Source: Lama glama | Lineage: Eukaryota | Assembly: GCA_028534125.1 (NCBI GenBank) | Contig: CM052816.1 | Location: forward strand, 40,116,001 to 40,180,000 | DNA length: 64,000 nucleotides | Direction of reading: 5' to 3' | In this document: positions 1-12,491 of the stretch, one piece after another | Layout: every line of letters starts with the position of its first letter | Position numbering within the stretch: the stretch's first letter is position 1 | The notes under the pieces: model-generated | Seen by the model: the letters and a program-made list of their open reading frames with translations, nothing else | Told to the model about the DNA's origin: nothing | The model's database searches: none | Position numbers and translations under genes: made by a program

Positions 1-1118
1 TGCTTGAAAGCATTTCGACAGAAGTTAAGATTTTCTATTTTATTCTATAAACTTGATACCTTTGACATTGATTCTCATAGATAAGAAATGTATTTATTTC
101 CATAATGGGAAAATTTTGATTTTTTGACTATGTAAGCTAAAAACCAAGATGATACTAGTAAGAAGGATAATAACCTATATGAGGAAGTAAAATTATATTG
201 TCATTTCATTTAGTCATAACTAAAAATAGAGGAAGGGAAAATAATTCTCGTAAAAATGTTTTAAAGAAAACAGAAATGAGTTTTGATATTTGATAATACA
301 TGATTAAAATCCTGTAACAAATTTATGTATTTGTACATCTGTATATATGTGCATGTTAATGTGCATCCAATTCTGTGTTAGGTATTAGATATTCCAGAAC
401 TCTAATGCAGTATTCTATTGAACTAATTGTTAATACAGATTAAGATTTGTTTCTAAATAGAAAAAAATATGTATGCAAAGGAGCAGTTCAGATTTAAAGG
501 GAAAATATTTAATCTGTGTTTTACTATAACTCTCAGTTATCTATTTCAGAGAAGTTATAGGTTAAGAAACTGGAATATTGTTTCTTTCTCATTCCATAAT
601 AAAAGCATGTCAGCAGAAATAATTAGAACCAAATCTTCTGCAGCAATACCTGAAATCATATGTAGCTGATCATTACTCTTTTTTTTTTGAGCAGTTTTAA
701 TCTTGTAATTGAAGAGGATGATTTTTTTTTCCAAGGAAAAGAGCTGTACTGGCAAAATAGTACAGTGGATGTTTCATGTAAAACCTCTTAATTCATTCCC
801 ATGGTCGAATGTCGTTCCAGTGTAACCATTGCATCTACAGTATTTCTTCCCTGGTGCAAGAAGAGGCTTGCCTAGTGCCACAGAACCAGTATGTGTTACA
901 GGCAGCAAATCTGTGCCATTGCTTTCCATTAATTGTCTTATCTGGGTGAGAGAAGCAATAAGAAACATGCAAATAATAGCATTTGATTTGGGAAAAGCAA
1001 AAAAGAAATGACTTGGAGATGAGCATTTAAATCCCAGTAAAATGTCGTGCTGTGCACAGGACGTGTGAACACCATTTATTTTATTTTGTCTGTGACAAGG
1101 CTGGCAAAATGGAAGAGC

Positions 1119-1119
<1 letters not shown>

Positions 1120-1148
<29 letters not shown>
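1120..1148. repeat. (TG)n microsatellite
   Basis: Uninterrupted TG run of ~14 units. Confidence 0.95.
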
Positions 1149-1149
<1 letters not shown>

Positions 1150-1651
1150 GTGCTGGGAGAATCACTTGGCACAGTTATTGAACTCTGTCTTCTGTTATTT
1201 ATAGTTCTTCACCTGTCACATAAAGGAGATCATCTCTTTTGCCCAATGGTGTGAAGAAGGTTAGGACTTTGAGTTTGGGGTGAGTGATATATGAAAGAAA
1301 AAAAAAAGGGAAAGAAAAAAATAGGACATAGAGGAAAGTAAAATTGCCTGTGAGAATTATCCTTGAGACCGAATTTGGTTATAGAAATGGGGACATAAGA
1401 TTAAGGTATAAATGAGCTTATGATTTTGTTTTATCTGTTTTCCCCAAATTTAAAGAAAATATGAAAAAGGTGCAGAAGTCTATATCTAGCTAGCTATCAT
1501 ATAACTGTCCAGTCTTTTTTTCTTTCTTTCCTTGTAAACCAATTCAACACTGACTCCCCGAAGTAGCTCTGACACTTATGATGACTCAGATTTTACAAGT
1601 GAAAGTAGAGCTAATAATCTAAATGGTCTGTTATTTCTCTCAGGTATATTG

Positions 1652-1653
<2 letters not shown>

Positions 1654-1685
<32 letters not shown>
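1654..1685. repeat. (GT)n microsatellite
   Basis: Uninterrupted GT run of ~16 units. Confidence 0.95.
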
Positions 1686-1688
<3 letters not shown>

Positions 1689-2404
1689 AGCACTAATGAG
1701 AAAATTCCCTAAACTTCCATTAGAGCTCCTGTGAGTAAACTCAGTAGTGGTAATAACTGACATGGGACTGTTTTCACCTGGAAGTTGGAAAACCAGCCTC
1801 CAAAGTATTCCATTTGAATGTCAGCACAGAACCGTAGCGATTTTCTCTGATGGATTTTATTCTTTTCCAAGTATCAATGTTTTTTCTACCAAATCTAAGT
1901 AGAAATAGAATCCAGAGATGACAAAGTGCTTTTCTAGAAATTTGTTTTCTAATTATGCATAGTTCAAGTTGATTGCTTAAATTATTTTTTATTCCTCAAA
2001 TTATTTGTCCCCTTCAGAGAGACAGAATGGTAACTTTTATTTGGCAAGTTAAGAAGTCAATATGGGATTTAACATTTGCCATAGAAGTCAAAGTTGTTTA
2101 ATTCAGGTTGCTCTTAATAAGCAGTACCATATATTTAACAGAAAAACACATTAACCTTTTTTTATCTACAGTAGATTTTAGAAGGGTTTCTACTTCTCTT
2201 CATTTTTTATCAGTTAATGCAACATGCCCAATAACTGATCTCAGAATAATACCCAAGAAAGTTATAACATGGAATATTGGACCCTTGGTCACATTTTACT
2301 TTTTAGTAATTTAATTTTTTAATTTGAAATTTAATTGCTGCAATGCCAACGAAAAATTGCATGGCCAAATTAATAGCGTTACTGAGATTCAGCTCAACGT
2401 AATT

Positions 2405-2640
2405 TTTAAGGCACAGGCTCTAGAGGCAGATTGCTTATTATTTCCCATTTCCACAGTTTACCAACTCTCCAACTTTGGGCCAGTTCTTTACTCTTATCAT
2501 GCTTCAAGTGTTTGATCTGTAAAATGGGGTTATTTAAAGTATCTACTTCGTAGGGCTGCCGAGAGGATCTTTTGAGTTATATGTAGAGTATATAGATCAG
2601 TGCCTGACACATTTTAAGTGCTAAACAAAGCTTAGCTCTA
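2405..2640 (+). mobile_element. MIR SINE
   Basis: Core-like text TGATCTGTAAAATGGGGTTATT...GTATCTACTTCGTAGGGCTG...CAGTGCCTGACACA...AAGTGCT. Confidence 0.75.
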
Positions 2641-3499
2641 ATTAATGCATCACTGAAAAACAGGTTCAGTAAATTACCCTTTGGGTGATGAAGAAAAGCT
2701 TATTTCTCTCTTTAGATAGCCCCCTCTCTTTTGGCAACCTCCCCTTCTTTCTGCTGGTTTATTTAATTAATAGCAGTTGCTTCTAATATATTGAAATAAA
2801 TAAAAACTTTGGCTAGAAAAACCAATAGGGGACCCAGTAATTACATCGTACGCCTTACCCTGATATCAGAATGTTCTCTACTCCAGATGTCTGAGTTTGT
2901 CTTCCTCTCCACTTTCATATCTCCCTCAATTTGGTTTGAATTCAGCTGATGTTTATCTTTCCATTCTGGTGAATATTAATAATGGATGAATATGTCTACT
3001 GAATCCCTAAAAGGGGAAATACATCTATTCTAAACTTGGCAGATGAAACAGATCTGCATTAGTTGTTGGTAAATCTCTATTGTATTTTACTGTGGTATTT
3101 CTGAAATATTAATTGGCAACCACAGCATCCATAATATCTTTTTCCATTTTAAACTTCATCTTAAACATTTCATGTAAGTGAGAAATACCACTTCTGATGA
3201 AGCTTTGGTGAGAATGAATGTGAAACCTATTCCAGCTACCAGTAATTTCAAATCTGCATGAAGCCATTTTCCAATGTTTGCCTTCTATAACATCATACAC
3301 ATTCCAATTTCAGGTGGCCACATTTATTGTGACTGGAAAAAAATAATTTTTTGAAAAATTATTGCTTTTCCCATGTATGCTCCTATTTCTTCACACACAT
3401 AATTCGGTTATGTCTGCGGAAAATGGCAATGTCTTTCAAAATAGAGAACCCTGCTTGGCTGTCAGAATAGCCAGTAATTCCATAAACAGTTGACTGACT

Positions 3500-4263
3500 C
3501 CTCACGAGATAATCTCTGGAGTGTTTTCTGATACTAACAACAAATTCTTTTAATTTTCTGGACACCAGTTGTATGTTCAACAATTTGATTTAATTTCAAC
3601 AAAATCTATCTGGAGTTAGCATCAGATCCCTGAAGTTGAAGGACTCAGTTCCATGTGCCTGCCCCTACTACAGACACTAATTCTAAGTCCCTGGCTATGT
3701 GTATTTCTGACAGACCAGCTATAAATCGAGGGTTCTCACAACCTCTTCCTTGGGTTTGATAATTTGCTAGAACAACTTAAGTAACTCAGGAGAGTACTTT
3801 ACTTATTACTGATTTATTATAAGGGATATAACTCAGGAACTGCCAAATGGAAGAGACACGTATGGCAAGGTTTGGAGCAGAGAGTGGGAAAACTGGGGTG
3901 AGTGGGAGCTTTCAGCACCTTGGAGGGTATACCAGCCAGGGAGCTCTCTGAATTGCCTTGTTCAGAAGCTTTTTGAGTCCCAGTCTCCAAATCTCCATCT
4001 CACCGCTCCTTTCTGGCCGTCTAGGTGGGGCTGAAATTTCTCACCCTAAAAAAATCAGTTGGTCTTTCTAATCACCAGCCCTAGTCCTGAGGAATCTAGG
4101 GACCCCACCCTAAGTCATCTTGTTAGTATGAACTTAGGAGTAATTTAAAATGAGCCTTTACAAAGCACAAAAGATACTCCTATCACTCAGGAAATTCTAA
4201 GTGTTAGGAACTCTGTGCCAGGAACTGGGGGCAAAGATCAAATATATTTCTTACTATACCACA
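3500..4263 (-). mobile_element. MER21-like solo LTR (ERVL class)
   Basis: Characteristic GGAGTTAGCATCAGATCCC, GGGTTTGATAATTTGCTAGAA and CACTCAGGAAATTC...GGAACTCTGTGCCAGGAACTGGGGGCAAAGATCAAATATATTTCTTACTATACCACA segments. Family assigned from recall. Confidence 0.7.
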
Positions 4264-5004
4264 TAATCTAAAAGAGAAATGTCACTTTGTATAGTGAATG
4301 AAATGACCACTTGCTAACAGACCTGAACCTGTGTGTGTTTAGAATTTGTGATGAGAACTTTGTGTACAAATTGCAAAGACCAACTTAGTATCATTAGTAG
4401 CACTTTTGGGGATGCGGAAGTGCTGTGGCTACAGATGTAAGAATATAAACTGGAAGACTTCGTCCCATTTTTCCTTTGTTTTATAGCTTTGAAAAATTAA
4501 TTCAAGAAGGGTAGGTCAGTTTCATCAAGAGTGACAGCTTGAGAATGAGAAAAAAGCTTTTAAACATCCAGAAATTCAAAACCCTCAAAATAAGTCACAT
4601 TGTAATTCCTTCTAGCAAATGTTTTAATGTTCGCATTAGATGCCACATTACAGGCTTTGTCACAAGTAAGGATATTTCTTTTTTATGTAAGATAGACAAC
4701 CAAGGGGTTACTGTGTTTAACATCCAAGTAAAGTTTTAAGAAATGCTAAATCCTAAGCTGTTCTACTCTTTCTGTGCCCTACAAATTAACAGTTGCTCCT
4801 TTTGTTGCTATAGGATTTCACGTTTTATTTCTTTTTATTACTTTCCTTTTTCAACTTTTTAAATTCTTTTAAAAATAGACCTCAATATTATATGCACATA
4901 TACATTTTATATATGTTGATATATTTAGATTGCATTTTATACTAATATCTTTTACTAATATTCACTTGATTAAGATGATTTCCTAAACTTCAGTTTCTTT
5001 CAGT

Positions 5005-5570
5005 AATTTCATCTATTTATTCAACTTTTGTTGAACATATGCTATGTGCCAAGTACTTCACTAGGTCTAGGGTGCAAACTTGGATTAAACAGACTCAGTT
5101 CTCACTTTCTTGAATGATTATATTGGATGATCTTGGTAACCAGGAAATTACAGGACGGTAGGATGCTGTGTGAGAGTCACTTCTAGAAGAAGTGAGAATG
5201 GGGGCTTAATTAAAAGAAAAAGGCCTACTGGAAAGATTGGTGTGTTAGTTAATGCAAGGAATGGTGAAGAAGTGTTCCAGACAGAGAAAATCACATCTGT
5301 AAAGACAAAAGCCTTTTTGCAGTCATTTCATTGTATAATATTACAACACTCATGTAACACTATGTGGCAATCCGTGTTACAAGTGATTTTCACACTACAT
5401 AAACAACCAGGCGAGCTACTTCTTTTATTACTTTCATTTTCCACATGAGGAAACTGAGGAAGGAACTAGTTAAGTAACTTGCTCAAGCTTACACAACTAG
5501 TAAAAGGCAAAGAAAGCCAGAGTCCAAGCCAAGCAGCTTGATTCCACAATCAGTGCTCTTTAGTGCCTTT
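5005..5570. mobile_element. L2 fragment followed by a MIR
   Basis: TTTATTCAAC...TGTTGAACATATGCTATGTGCCAAGTAC (L2 3' end, reverse) and ATGAGGAAACTGAGG...GTTAAGTAACTTGCTCAAG (MIR core, reverse). Confidence 0.6.
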
Positions 5571-8500
5571 TACACTGGCAATGCTTTAAAGTAAAATTCT
5601 AATTTATTATGCTAGGTCATTCATTTTGGAGCCCATTAAAACCAGTAAAGTTATTTTAGAGACCAACTCACAATAGCTGAAATGGTATGAATCACCAAAA
5701 ACCCTGTGTGTCGTTTATCATGAATCAGAAGTCCAGAAAAGACCAGGAATTCACTTCAACAAAGGTATACTGCCTTCCTCTACATGCAAATGTTCCCTGG
5801 CAGGACCCAGGAACAGAAAGATCAATTAGTTTAATCTCTGCCCTCCAGGGGTTCTCAGTTTTGCCCACAAGGTGAGTGTTAACCAAAGCAGTGTATAAAA
5901 CTTAACACCAAATACAACCAACAGATGACTGTGTGATGTGATATCAGAGAATTTGCCTTATTCACCTTTGAATTCATTAAATGGTATCTGGCACCTGAGT
6001 AATTAAGGACTGAATGAATGAATGAATGAATAGAACAGTGTGCAATAAAGAAGAGTTACTTTAATCAGTGTAAATCATGAGCTATTTCATCAAAAAGAGG
6101 CATTTTGGGCCTTGAAATGTAGATTGGATTTCCCTAATTGAAGATGGTAGATCAGCAGGGTAAAAGAAACTTGCTTGACACATAGAGAAGATGAACGAAG
6201 TCATTAGAATAGAAATAACTGAGTAAGAGAAATGAGAACATAATTGAATGAGACAGTGCAACATTTTACTAAAAAGTTTGACTAGTGTGAGATTCTAGAA
6301 AGTTTTGAATGGTGTAACCAGGAACTTTGTTCTTTTGAAAGTGGAGAATCAGGAAAGGTTTGTGAGCAAAAAGTGTAAGATCAGAGCTGTACTTTCAAAA
6401 ACTTAGTCTTGTATTGGGTAACTGGAGCCTATAGGAATGTTTTGAAACTTGATTTGCTAAGTTGTGTGCATATTAATGATGGTCTATTGTAGGCCAATAA
6501 AAGCAAGAAGAGAGGGAAACAGAAAGATGGAAGTTACCTAAGGGTATATTGAATTTTTAGAGTGTATGATGCATTTCAGTGCACTAGCCTACATTAATTG
6601 AAAGAAGGTTCACACTTTGAAAATAAGAACAATTTCCTTCACTTCATTGATGGGAATAGCAAATCTTTCTTCTTATTATCGTAGTTGCTCTGATCCAAGG
6701 CGTGTTTGAAAAATGAAACATCTGTGATGCTGAAATATCTTCAATAACGAAACATCTGTGATACAGAAATATCCTCAATATTTTTTAAGAATTGGGAAGG
6801 CTTCCCTCAGGCATATGTCCCAGATACACAATAGCACATTTCAGGTCTAATCGCAAAAACTGTGGTGTGCCTACAAAGCCCCGAAAGGAAAAACTAGTCC
6901 ATGTAGAGATAACTAAAATAAAAATAATTAATTTAATTAAAAAACCTAAATCATGGACTGATTTGTATCAGAGCTCTTGCTTTAAGTGTGAATGACACAT
7001 TTAACTATCTAGATGTGAAGTCTCTGTTATTGATAGTCAGTGTCTACTTAGATCAATATAGTGTTGATTTTAAACAAAACTAGTTTCTGTTTAGAACTCC
7101 TAAATACATTCTAAGCCTTTTCAAGAATCAATGGTTTAAACAAAATTAGCTTCTAGGTTCTGAGGCTGTATTCAAATACTTTCCATTTGCGTATATAGAT
7201 TGGTATGTCACCCACCTGTTCTCCCCTGCAAAAAAACGTAGAAAAGTTACATCTAGAGTCAGATGAGAATTTTAAACATAAAATGATTTTTGGTTTGTCC
7301 CCTCAGAGATGATCAGGTCTGGCCCATCTAGGAGCACTCCATCTAGCTAAGAACTAGACTCCAACTCCAATGGAAGATCAAGTGGTGGAGCAGAAGTGGT
7401 GGAGAATGAAGGGAAGATGAGGGTGATGAGGCAGAATGAGGGGGAAATATGCTGGAGAAGAGTTGTGTGTCTGCGCGGGAGGAAGGACATGGCAGTAAGA
7501 GTAACTCTGTTGAACATTTATTTCCTCATTTAATCCTCATCATCAGTGGGTTTTATAAGTCTCTTTTTAGATGAGAGCAGTTGAGGCTTGGAAATAGTAA
7601 GAAACTTGTTCAAGAATCCAGGCAGGAAGTTGGAGAATTGGGAAATGTTTCATTTCATAAGATATGCTCCTCATAGTTTTATGGTCATGTTTTGGAGCAT
7701 TCCCTGATCTGGCACCTCCAAGGCACTCCGTACATTTCCTTGCTTGGCTTATGAGCAGCTCGCTGGGTGCTCAGTAATAGGATGGAGATTGTCAGTTTCC
7801 CCAGGTTGGTAAACCGTGTCTGTCCTGTCCTGCACTTGTTCCCCCGCAGAATGCCTGGCAGATAATAGCCCCTCAAAACTAAGCGGTTGAGGAAGGACAG
7901 GAGTACACATGAATACAAGAGAGAAATCTTTCCAAAAGGAATGTATGTAGATAATCATGTAATATAACTAATGATCCACTGGTAAAACTAGCAATTTCGT
8001 TTTCAACTCCTAATGTTAAAGAAAGTTGTCAGTGGACGCTCAAATCAAGTCCTATATGAATTCACATTTGGATTTATTTGGAGAAGCTATGGGTCTAAAT
8101 TTTATGAACTAATGTGTTGGGTCATACTGTATTTTAGCTATTTGTTATTAAAACACTGTACTTATAGTTACAGACTAAGTAAATGTAATAAAAAATAAGA
8201 TTTAGATTTTAAGTCATGCAGATATGGTTATATAAATATATATGACTATGTATTTAATCCTGTTTAGAAATCATTTGTACCTTTTAAAAAGTGATTTTAG
8301 TTGTATTTGCACCTGTATGCTTTCTGCATATCTATACACATATGCACACACACGCACAAATATAACACCACCATTCTAAAGGATATCTTTGTCAAAATAA
8401 CATTACAATGATTTGCCATATTTTTGAACCGTTCTTGACTGCTTGCCTAAAGTCACAAGCATTATTATAATACATTATCACCCAAAGATATTACAAGACA

Positions 8501-8654
8501 TAAAATAGATCTATTGAGGTTTTGAAAGGGTTTCCTGAATTCACAAGTATAAAATGTTTGTTTTATATGGATATTAGCTGCGTATTCACAGTTTCTAACT
8601 TAGAAACGAATCGAGCTTTAAAAAGTTGCTTTCTTATTGGGTGTTGTATTCAGC

Positions 8655-8865
8655 AGTAAGTAGTGTAGTACTATGTGCCAGGCATTGTTACACTCCTTTA
8701 CAAATCTTAAATTATTTAGTCTCTATAACAAATCCATCAGGTGGATATTACCCCTGTTTGTTTGAGATGGAGTGAGACACAGCACACAGCAAAGTTAAAT
8801 ATCTTGTATAAGCTCGCACAGTAAGTGGTAACGCTGGGTCTTGAACCTCTTCAGTCTGTCCGCAT
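8655..8865 (-). mobile_element. MIR SINE
   Basis: CTATGTGCCAGGCATTGT...AAGTTAAATATCTTG...CACAGTAAGTGGTAACGCTGGGTCTTGAACC. Confidence 0.65.
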
Positions 8866-11800
8866 TGTGACCATAACTACTCACAGTGATACGTCTAGCT
8901 CTCCTGCCTTCCACTCGTTTGTCCCTTGGAGCAGGTCTTCTTGTACAATGTTTTACAAATCTTTATAAAGAGCTAAACTCTTAAGACTGGACCGCAAAGG
9001 CCCCTTATCTTTCATGTTGCACATTCATGGCTGAAGATTGCAAAAACATTGCTATTGAACTATTACTAGTACAACATAAATAATAAATACATAAGATTTT
9101 ATATCTCTTTACCTTGTTTAATTGTACTTTAGAAAAATCAATTTTACTTAGTAGAGACTATGTTGCTAAAGGGTATGTTCAAGATTTTAAAGGTTAAGGA
9201 CACGAATAATTTATTGTGTCTATTTTCTGTTTAACTTATGACTTTCCTTTCCCTGTTGTAGGTCTATCACTGTCAATATCCTTTGTTTTTCAACCTTTTC
9301 TTTATTACTCTAGAATAGAATTAAGGCAAAGAAAAACTGCAAGGAAATGAAAAGCTTTATCAAAGCATTTGGTCAATAGCTGGGAGGAATTAAGGAAAAT
9401 GGATCAAAAAGGATATATGTGCTTTTGTTTGGGAAAAAATTCAGGTTTAATTTCTAATTTAGGAGAGAAAAAAGACAAAGGAGAGGGTGTCAGGCCTAAA
9501 GATAATTGCTTTGAAGGGGAGAGAAAGAGAGTACTGGGCAGCTCTTATCCCTTGCTCAGTTAGGGATTGATGGACACCTGTGGACTGAGGACCTTCCTCA
9601 CCCCATGCAAACCGCTGGTCCTCCTCTGCTGGAATGCTGGAGCTTTCTACCCAGATTGTCCCCAGGCAAACTGCAGGTTTAATCATGAAACATGCCTCTC
9701 GAGTCTCACAAGTGAGAAAATCTAGGATACCATCCATGCTTTTGGCCTGAGAAGAGTCTTTTAACAAAGATGGGCTTAAAAACTGTAAATTCAACCGATG
9801 TTCCCTTCTAATACAAAAATATTTGACTCCATTATAAGCCACTTTCAAAGGTTTTCAAAAAGGTATTGCTTTCTGAGCTCTCAGGGAGTGAAAAGTGGAG
9901 TTCCGAGTTTGGAAGAGGATTAACAGTGTTGTTCTCTCTGCAGCTCTGGGTGAATGCCCTGAAAAGCTGCTCACCTGGTGTGAAGAGGGGGACTCAGAAA
10001 AGCAGAGATCCCCCATTAGGATTTTGAACCATGGCTGGTTTATACAGGGCAGTTGGTAATGAACTCAAGGAATGAAAACTCACCCCCAGAAGGAAGGACA
10101 GGAATTGACTTTCCAGTGAATGGGAATAGACAGACTCATGTTTCGTTGTTACGATCACAGTTTTGCTCTGGTTGGCGAGATGTTCCAGCACTAAATTAAG
10201 ATGTTTTATTGCTTATATCGGTTTATACATCTGTGTAGACGTACATCTGTACAGACACAGACAAATAGGTGTAGATATAGATTTCAGTTTGAAACCTGAG
10301 TCACTTAACCAGTGTTTACCAGCAGTGTCCATGGTGCTGACGCTGCCTGTGGGATCGGGAGAAAGTGCTACAATGGGACACAGGAAATCTGTGATCATAA
10401 AAGGCACTTAGCACTGCTGTTGCAGAGCTGCAGAGATTGCTGCCATGAATGTCACTGCTATTTAGGGAGTGACAAAGGTACATCTTGAACTTCTTAGAAT
10501 GGCCTGTAGCCACACGTGCAGCTTGTCTCGGAAACCAGGGAGGGCCTGATTAAATACAGGGCCTACCCACTGTGAGAAAACCCTCTGGTATCCCAGCTGC
10601 CACTCAGAATGAGCAATCCAGGATATGACCTGTCGAGATGAGCCACTTCAGCACATTGTGGCAATGCAGCTGTCACTGAGATACGTTAAGTCTCCGGAGA
10701 AAAGCATCCAGACTGTTTCCACGGTGGAATGAATACAAATGCACAGCTCCAGTCACATTTGAATGTGATTTGTTTCAACAGGAGGGTCTAACTAAATACG
10801 CAGATGAGTGGAAGTGACCCTGATACCTCTTCTCATCTTCGATTGCTGAGCATTTTCTGGAGGCAGATTTATTCAGTATTTCTCTTGGCCTATGTTTGAA
10901 AGGGGAAGGGAGTATTTGGAAGCCGTATGGATTTAAAATACGCACTGCTGTTCTCCTCTTTCTTCAGTGAAGACGGAATTGGCATAGATCCCCCAAGGTA
11001 GTTTAAAGAAATGTTTGAAGGAGAGAAGGTTCCGCAAGCCAGATTAAAAAGAATTATTTCATATTTATTCCTTGATACTGAACTTATTCTATTCAACATT
11101 TTTATTAATTAGTAGCACTAAAACCAAAATTTATAATAGAGTTTGGAAGCTTCTAACTTGTGCATTAATGTCAAGAGAAGTTAGTGAATAAGATTAGTGA
11201 TTATATAAGCAGTTTCTTAATAGAAAATTAATTTTAAATCAATAGTAAATCAATTTCAGGGCAAATTTATTTTAATTTCATTTTTAAAGTTTCTGAAAAG
11301 TAGGAAATAGGTCAAGTACCAAATTTGGTACATTCTTGATAAAATTGGCTAAAATAAATCTCATAACAAAAATGCTTCATCGTAGGCAGAGTTTTATTAG
11401 GAATTATACGGATCTGCACTGTCAGCCAACAAACTTCGTTCTAATAGTAAAAAGGAAATGAGAGACTTGATTCAACTAACACGACAGGTAAAAAAAGTCT
11501 TGCTATTCTAAAATGTTTTGAGTTGAAGGCAATATTGTCACCTCTGTACTTGATATTTGATATACCTATGAGATATTTGTGTGTATATATATTTGCATAG
11601 CAAACTAGTGACACATATTACATATATATGTTTGTTTACATGTGTATTTTTATATATTGGTATATTATATATAATTGTGTATGTAAATATAATATGCAAC
11701 GTACACCTTTATATTATATTGCCATAGTTAATAGTATGCTTACATAGAGATTTACTTTATTAGAATCCTAATCATAACCTGTAATAATTTGTTTCACTTG

Positions 11801-12406
11801 TTTGTGAAACTCTTGCTGAGGAAACTCTTGCTTCCATTAATTCATTCATTTTTATTTAACAAGTATGTCCATGCTGACTGTGTAAAAGTGCTTCTGGTTT
11901 GTGTGTATATAAATTCAGAACTCGTCTATTCCAAAATACCTGAAAGCCATCACTGAACTATGAGGTAACCTTGAGACTTCCACACACGTTATTTCTTCAT
12001 TGCACTGTGACAGTTTTTTTTTCCCCCAACTACCCGTCATATTCCCCAGATGGTTTAGCCATCATCACTGGCAGATTGTGAATAATGTTTTAGGTTGAAC
12101 AAATGTAAGCAATTTATAATTTTTCCCCTTTCTGAACTAGCTTTGTTTTGATGAATCAACTAGAAATTGAAACTTACGTAGAACTTCTGTTTGAAAAGGA
12201 ATGTTGTTTTCCCACAATGAAATGTGTAATCCCCTCTTGAATATGGACAAGAGACAGTGACAGGGAAACTGGCCAGAGTGTGTGATGTATAAAAGCTGCA
12301 AGATCCTCACTTAGCATTGCACTGCAGTTCCAATTTCTTTAGTCCATAGAACCACATATAAAAAATAGTTTTAGATCATTGCAAATCAACCAAACCTCCA
12401 TTACAG

Positions 12407-12491
12407 TTTTTTTTGAAATACAGTCAGTTTACAAAGGTGTCAATTTCTGGTGTACGGCATAATATTTCAGTCGTACATATACATACGTATA
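12407..12491 (-). mobile_element. Very short 5'-truncated L1 3' end
   Basis: T8 tail then GAAATACAGTCAGTTTACAAAGGTGTCAATTTCTGGTGTACGGCATAATATTTCAGTC, which is the reverse complement of the L1 3' end seen at 56060-56125. Confidence 0.7.

Noticed and set aside
774..1172. 132-aa ORF with THTHTH run
   Set aside because: Translation of a (CA)n microsatellite and flanking intron, with no coding signature.
6715..6780. Direct repeats of ~32 bp as a CRISPR-like array
   Set aside because: Only two copies with a 2-bp gap, no spacers, no cas genes, and a mammalian context.
9241..9300. Good-looking acceptor CTTTCCTTTTCCCTGTTGTAG in the ST8SIA4 intron
   Set aside because: No matching donor or meaningful reading frame follows. 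Such pseudo-acceptors are common.
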